From Vitrella brassicaformis CCMP3155 (taxonomy: Eukaryota > Protista > Chromerida): a stretch of 64,000 nucleotides of DNA. Both the position numbers and the translations under genes were made by a program. The notes beneath the pieces were generated by a model that saw only the letters and a program-made list of their open reading frames with translations, made no database searches and was not told the DNA's origin. The stretch covers positions 1-64,000 of the forward strand of contig CDMY01000365.1 of assembly GCA_001179505.1 (NCBI GenBank). The letters run 5' to 3'. Below, piece after piece: positions 59,906 to 64,000 of this stretch; the stretch's first letter is position 1; each line of letters begins with the position of its first letter.

Positions 59906-60953
59906 TGCTGGTAGCTGGCTGGCTGCTTGGCTGGCTGGCTGGCCGCTTGGCTGATTGCGGGAGGAAGGCCGGAGCACCCTCCACGATTCACTAACAGCAT
60001 TATCACTCACTCATTGACAGCCACAGACAGGCGTGCACACCAATACGAGTCAGTCAGTCAGTGAGGAAGAGAGGCATTCGGGGCCTTCTTCATGGCTAAG
60101 AGACAAATATCGTCTAAACCGCGCAGGCCCACACAGAGACACACACCTACAATCGCCTCCTGCCTCATCCGGCACGGCACACACACCCAGACAGCGATAC
60201 ATACACCTCCACTCCATCCATCCATCCGTAGGGACCAGATGGCTGACCTCGGGAAACAACCAAACACACTCATTCCTCCCTCCCTCGCACCCTGCCCCTT
60301 TCTGTCATTCAAACTGTCACCACGACTGGGGTTTGTGAGCCGCCTGACAAACGATAAAGCCGAAAAAGGGCCGTGTGTGGATGGAGGGGCGTGGAAGGCA
60401 GAGGGGGGGGGGAGGGGCACTTCTGCCCGCCCTTGTGATGACTGACTGCATCCTACATAGCTACGGCAGAGAGAGAGAGAGAGAGAGAGACAAAACAGCT
60501 GGAGGGAGTTAAGGGCCCTACGGCTCTCAATCGCTCGCTCGTGGGGGTCGGACAGACGAGAAGGACGGACACTCTAGAATGGCTATCTCTCACTCATTGT
60601 GTGGCAATAAGATATACAGAGGACATCTGTGCTCACCGCCTCTCACACCCCTCCCCTCCTCGACCCCCTGCTGTGATGTAATGACGAAAACCTAGGGAAG
60701 CCCTCCCTCCACACACCTCACTCATCACTCACATGACCAATCTGTCGACCGACCGACCGGAGTGAGTGAGTCGACCGAGAAAACCCGCCCACCCACCACC
60801 CCACCGAGCGTCACACCACACCATACAAACAGCAGCCCCCCTCCTCTCTATACAACACCCAGCAAAGCACCACCACACCGCAGTTCGTCAGACAGTCCGC
60901 CCACGCATCCCATTCCCCCTCCTGCCCCGCCCCGCCCTCAATGCATTCATTGA

Positions 60954-63900
60954 TCATGTAAAGCTAAAATCCAGCGAATGCACCCCGCTCCTCCTTCTCT
61001 CCCCCCTGTAGCCTGGTGGCATCCTGCTCTGCTTGGGTGACGATCCAGGGAGCGTCACCCCCGCCCGAATGCCGCCCGACCCCGGTGGCAGCTTGGCTCG
61101 ACACAGCTCGGCCAGCTGCTGCAGCCGCCGTCTGTTGTCGGGGATGTCCTCGAAGTATCTGGCGGCGAACCGCTTCATTTGGTCCAGTTTGCCGGGGTCG
61201 GTCTCATCGATGGCCCACATCTCGATCTTGGGGTTGAATCGGAAGTACTTGTCCTCGGGCAGGAACTCGGACAGCATCTCGTGCGTGCCCTCCGTGTTGG
61301 TCGCCGAGCACACCAGCTGGTTGACGATGCCGTCCCATCCCACTCGCCCGCCGTAGCTCTGCTGTGGGAAGCGACCCGTGCCAACCGACACAATCGCCTC
61401 GATCGGCGTATCGGGGAAAAGCGCCTTCGCCTCGGCGAGAGCAATGGCCGTCGGGTTGTTGGCCAGGAGCGCCCCATCGCCGTATGCCTCCCCGTCCAGA
61501 CGCAGTGCGGGGAAGAATGTGGGCGCGGCAGTGGTGGCTCTGAGTGCGTCGCGGCACCGGATGCGGAAGGAGCCGGCGTATTTGCCTTGCCGGCCATTGG
61601 GGGGGTAGTTGTAGTTGCGCCAGAGGATGAGCGACGAGGGGTTGGCCGACACCATGGTGGAGAGGCAGAAGGTCTTGGGCACATCGGGGTCAGCGGCAGT
61701 GTCGATCATCCGAATGTCCCCGAGGGTGTTCTCGAGGATGAGCTCCCACGCCGTCTCGTCGTAGTAGGCCTGCTTGACCACCAGGCGCGCGCCCGAGATG
61801 GGGCCGGGGTCTTTGACGAATATATCTTTGATGAGGTTGTCATAGAGCACCTCCACCTCGTTGACGCTTGACTTTTGCACGCCCAGCAGCATGGCAATGA
61901 TGCCGCCCGTCGAGGTGCCGCAAATGATGTCAAACACCTCGTGCACCTCCCGGCCCATGACGGCCACGATGAACTTGAGAATGGCGATCGTCAGGACGCC
62001 CCGGGTGCCTCCTCCGTCAAGGCACAGGATGCGCAGGCCCCTCTGCCCGGGCACCCGCGGGTGCCAATCGTTGTTGCATCCCATCGCCGCCAGCAGCTTG
62101 TTGGCCGTCCGGATCCTCTCCAGGTCTCGCTGCAGCGGCTTGTCGTCCTTGCCCTGCCACTTGGCCCACCTCGACTTGACCACCCCTGCCGACGGGTTCG
62201 TCCCCCCCGCCTGCACAAGGATCCGTCTGAGCAGCGGGGCCACGCGGGAGTCCGTCTGCAGCGCCCAGATAACCCTGTCGCTGCTCAGGGCCATCGTGCA
62301 CAGGAGGTGCAGCGCCGCCCTCTGGGCCTGCAGTGCATGCGCACGGTGCCGCTCGTTGGCCAGGATAGACCGAGGCCCACGCCACTCGGGCTCCTCCAGC
62401 ACCTTGAGAATCGGCCCCAGCTCGCCCTTGCGCACAATGACGTCGGCCGTGGAGGGGTCCGTCTCGGTGATAAGGGTGAGCGTGCGGAGGGCCTTGGCTT
62501 GCAGCTGCGGCTTGCCTTTGCGTAGTGCCTTGAACAGGGCCCCCAGGCCGTACTCCCGTATGTGATCCATCTGGTCGGGCGCCACCACCTTGGCCACCAG
62601 CTCCACGCCAGGCGACGGCGGGGTCTGCTTGGGCGCGACGCTGTCCTCCCTCTTCTCCGCCGAGCTCTCCAATGCCGCCATCCAGATCTTCCGTGACGTC
62701 TCGGGATCGCTGTCGTTGGTCCTCCCCGCCGCCCTTGCCGCTGTACCCTCCTCGGTTTCTTCGTCAAGGGAGAGTATGGGTGCGGTGCCGCTGGCGTGGT
62801 TGTCGGAGATGAAGAGACTGAGGAGGCTCCACCCGCCGCCCTCCTGCGTGGTGTCGATCTCCAGGTCCTCCGGCACCTCAGGGATGGGGTGCACGCGGCC
62901 GTCGTGGGCGGCGGCGAGGCTCACCTCCAGCGCCTGCCGACCGCCTTTGGAGTAGTAAGGCACCCAGATGACGCCGCCCGGCGACTTGTCGCTCCTCCCG
63001 CGGTAAGACGACCCCAGCCGCCCCGACCGCGGCGCCACCACATTCTGCCACAGCCGCTTGGCAGACCGCTGGATGCCACGAGTCCCAATGAACTTGAACT
63101 TGGGTGCAGGGCGGCTGAGGAAGCCCCGCCAGCCCTTGGGACGCTCCTCCTTGGCTGCCTCTGGGTCGACCTTGGCGTAGCCCAGCTCCTCCAGGATCTG
63201 CCGGGCTACGTTGAGCTTCTTGCTCGGCAGCGGAGGGAGGGGTGGGGCGGTTGTGAGGGACAAAGGTGGAGAGGGGGTGGAGGGGTCGGGCACCTTCTTG
63301 CTCGCCGGCTTTGGGACAGTTGCTGGTGGGGGAGGGGGCGGGGCGAAGGCCAGGGGCCGGCGGGAGTCAGCGGCTGGTGTGGTGGTGGCATTGGCATGTG
63401 ACACGTTGGCTGCCTGCTGTGGCGGCTCCTCTTTGCGCCCCCATGCGAAGATGAAGAACCCCCCAGTGGCGTTGTCTTGCCGCTGTGTCTCGTTCCGCCT
63501 CCTCTCCATCTCCTCTCTCTCCCTCTCCTGCTGGCCTATGATCTCCTTCAGCCGCTCGGCCTCCCTCTCGGCCAACACACCCTCCTCAGCCAACACGAAC
63601 TTCTGCAGAATGTCGACCGCTCTCGCGTCGCCTCGCACGAGGCGCGCCGCCTTCTTGCTGGAGATGACCATCGTCAGCAGCAGCTCAAGGGCAGCACCCT
63701 GGGCCCGCTGCAGATAGTCGCGGTCCGATTCCCTGAACCACAGCCGCTGCCACAGTCGTCCCTGCATGGGCTGCTCCACCAGGCGTATAAGGTCGGCGGT
63801 GATGTTGCGCGCCAGGATGACGTCGGTGGTGCTGGGCTCCACCTTGGCAATGGAGCAGAGCGACCTGGCTGCACGCGCCTGAAGGGCGGGGGAGCCGCTG

Positions 63901-63971
63901 AGTGCCTTGAAGAGCAGCGAGAGCCCCGACTCCTTGATGTAGGGCATCTCGGGCGATTTGAGGGCCAGCAC
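60954..63971 (-). CDS. Patatin-like phospholipase (iPLA2-gamma / pPLA-I-like) with ARM-like repeats; 5' end probably beyond the window
   Basis: GLRILCLDGGGTRG (oxyanion), FDIICGTSTGGIIA (Ser nucleophile), ALRATTAAPTFF, YGDGALLANNP (catalytic Asp) and SVGTG. The ORF is uninterrupted for about 3 kb and open to the window edge. Confidence 0.93.
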   Translation of the reverse strand: MLALKSPEMPYIKESGLSLLFKALSGSPALQARAARSLCSIAKVEPSTTDVILARNITADLIRLVEQPMQGRLWQRLWFRESDRDYLQRAQGAALELLLTMVISSKKAARLVRGDARAVDILQKFVLAEEGVLAEREAERLKEIIGQQEREREEMERRRNETQRQDNATGGFFIFAWGRKEEPPQQAANVSHANATTTPAADSRRPLAFAPPPPPPATVPKPASKKVPDPSTPSPPLSLTTAPPLPPLPSKKLNVARQILEELGYAKVDPEAAKEERPKGWRGFLSRPAPKFKFIGTRGIQRSAKRLWQNVVAPRSGRLGSSYRGRSDKSPGGVIWVPYYSKGGRQALEVSLAAAHDGRVHPIPEVPEDLEIDTTQEGGGWSLLSLFISDNHASGTAPILSLDEETEEGTAARAAGRTNDSDPETSRKIWMAALESSAEKREDSVAPKQTPPSPGVELVAKVVAPDQMDHIREYGLGALFKALRKGKPQLQAKALRTLTLITETDPSTADVIVRKGELGPILKVLEEPEWRGPRSILANERHRAHALQAQRAALHLLCTMALSSDRVIWALQTDSRVAPLLRRILVQAGGTNPSAGVVKSRWAKWQGKDDKPLQRDLERIRTANKLLAAMGCNNDWHPRVPGQRGLRILCLDGGGTRGVLTIAILKFIVAVMGREVHEVFDIICGTSTGGIIAMLLGVQKSSVNEVEVLYDNLIKDIFVKDPGPISGARLVVKQAYYDETAWELILENTLGDIRMIDTAADPDVPKTFCLSTMVSANPSSLILWRNYNYPPNGRQGKYAGSFRIRCRDALRATTAAPTFFPALRLDGEAYGDGALLANNPTAIALAEAKALFPDTPIEAIVSVGTGRFPQQSYGGRVGWDGIVNQLVCSATNTEGTHEMLSEFLPEDKYFRFNPKIEMWAIDETDPGKLDQMKRFAARYFEDIPDNRRRLQQLAELCRAKLPPGSGGIRAGVTLPGSSPKQSRMPPGYRGERRRSGVHSLDFSFT

Positions 63972-64000
63972 GCCCCCGCTCTCCGTGGGCTCGCCCTCGC

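Noticed and set aside
61460-61490. DGA instead of DGG in the patatin catalytic Asp motif as a sign of inactivity
   Set aside because: The DGA variant also occurs in plant pPLA-I-type enzymes, and the Ser and Asp residues are intact.
1-64000. tRNA, rRNA, snoRNA genes and transposase, RT or integrase ORFs
   Set aside because: None was recognisable by eye. tRNAscan-SE, Infernal/Rfam and RepeatModeler would be needed to exclude small RNAs and degenerate elements.

Overview
This is eukaryotic, GC-rich, intron-rich genomic DNA. The gene content and the short introns full of (CA)n/(GACA)n/(TG)n/(TGTC)n tracts are most consistent with a chromerid such as Vitrella brassicaformis (inference, no database search run). 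Most ORFs in the supplied track are exon fragments or antisense shadows, so I rebuilt gene models by hand from GT(GC)-AG junctions; boundaries are approximate unless stated. About 19 genes are supported. Recognisable ones are a bestrophin, a MATE transporter, a large multi-C2 ferlin, a secreted GH3 beta-glucosidase with Cys-rich and PAN/Apple modules, UBL5/Hub1, NOB1, TRAPPC8, a DUF3054 protein, BUD31, an FAD monooxygenase and a patatin phospholipase; the rest are hypotheticals. There are three 300-N gaps and no rRNA, tRNA, CRISPR array or recognisable transposon ORF. Main observations: (1) many introns have CA-rich 5' halves and complementary TG-rich 3' halves, suggesting RNA-bridged introns; (2) a protein with about 7 degenerate AP2-like modules; (3) a signal-peptide-bearing SprT/GCNA-like pseudoprotease with HExxH changed to REMLN; (4) a GC-AG intron in the Hub1 gene itself; (5) a FAM104/VCF-like protein with a doubled putative p97-binding helix; (6) an inverted duplication about 30 kb apart in which one copy has expanded a 71-72 bp minisatellite.
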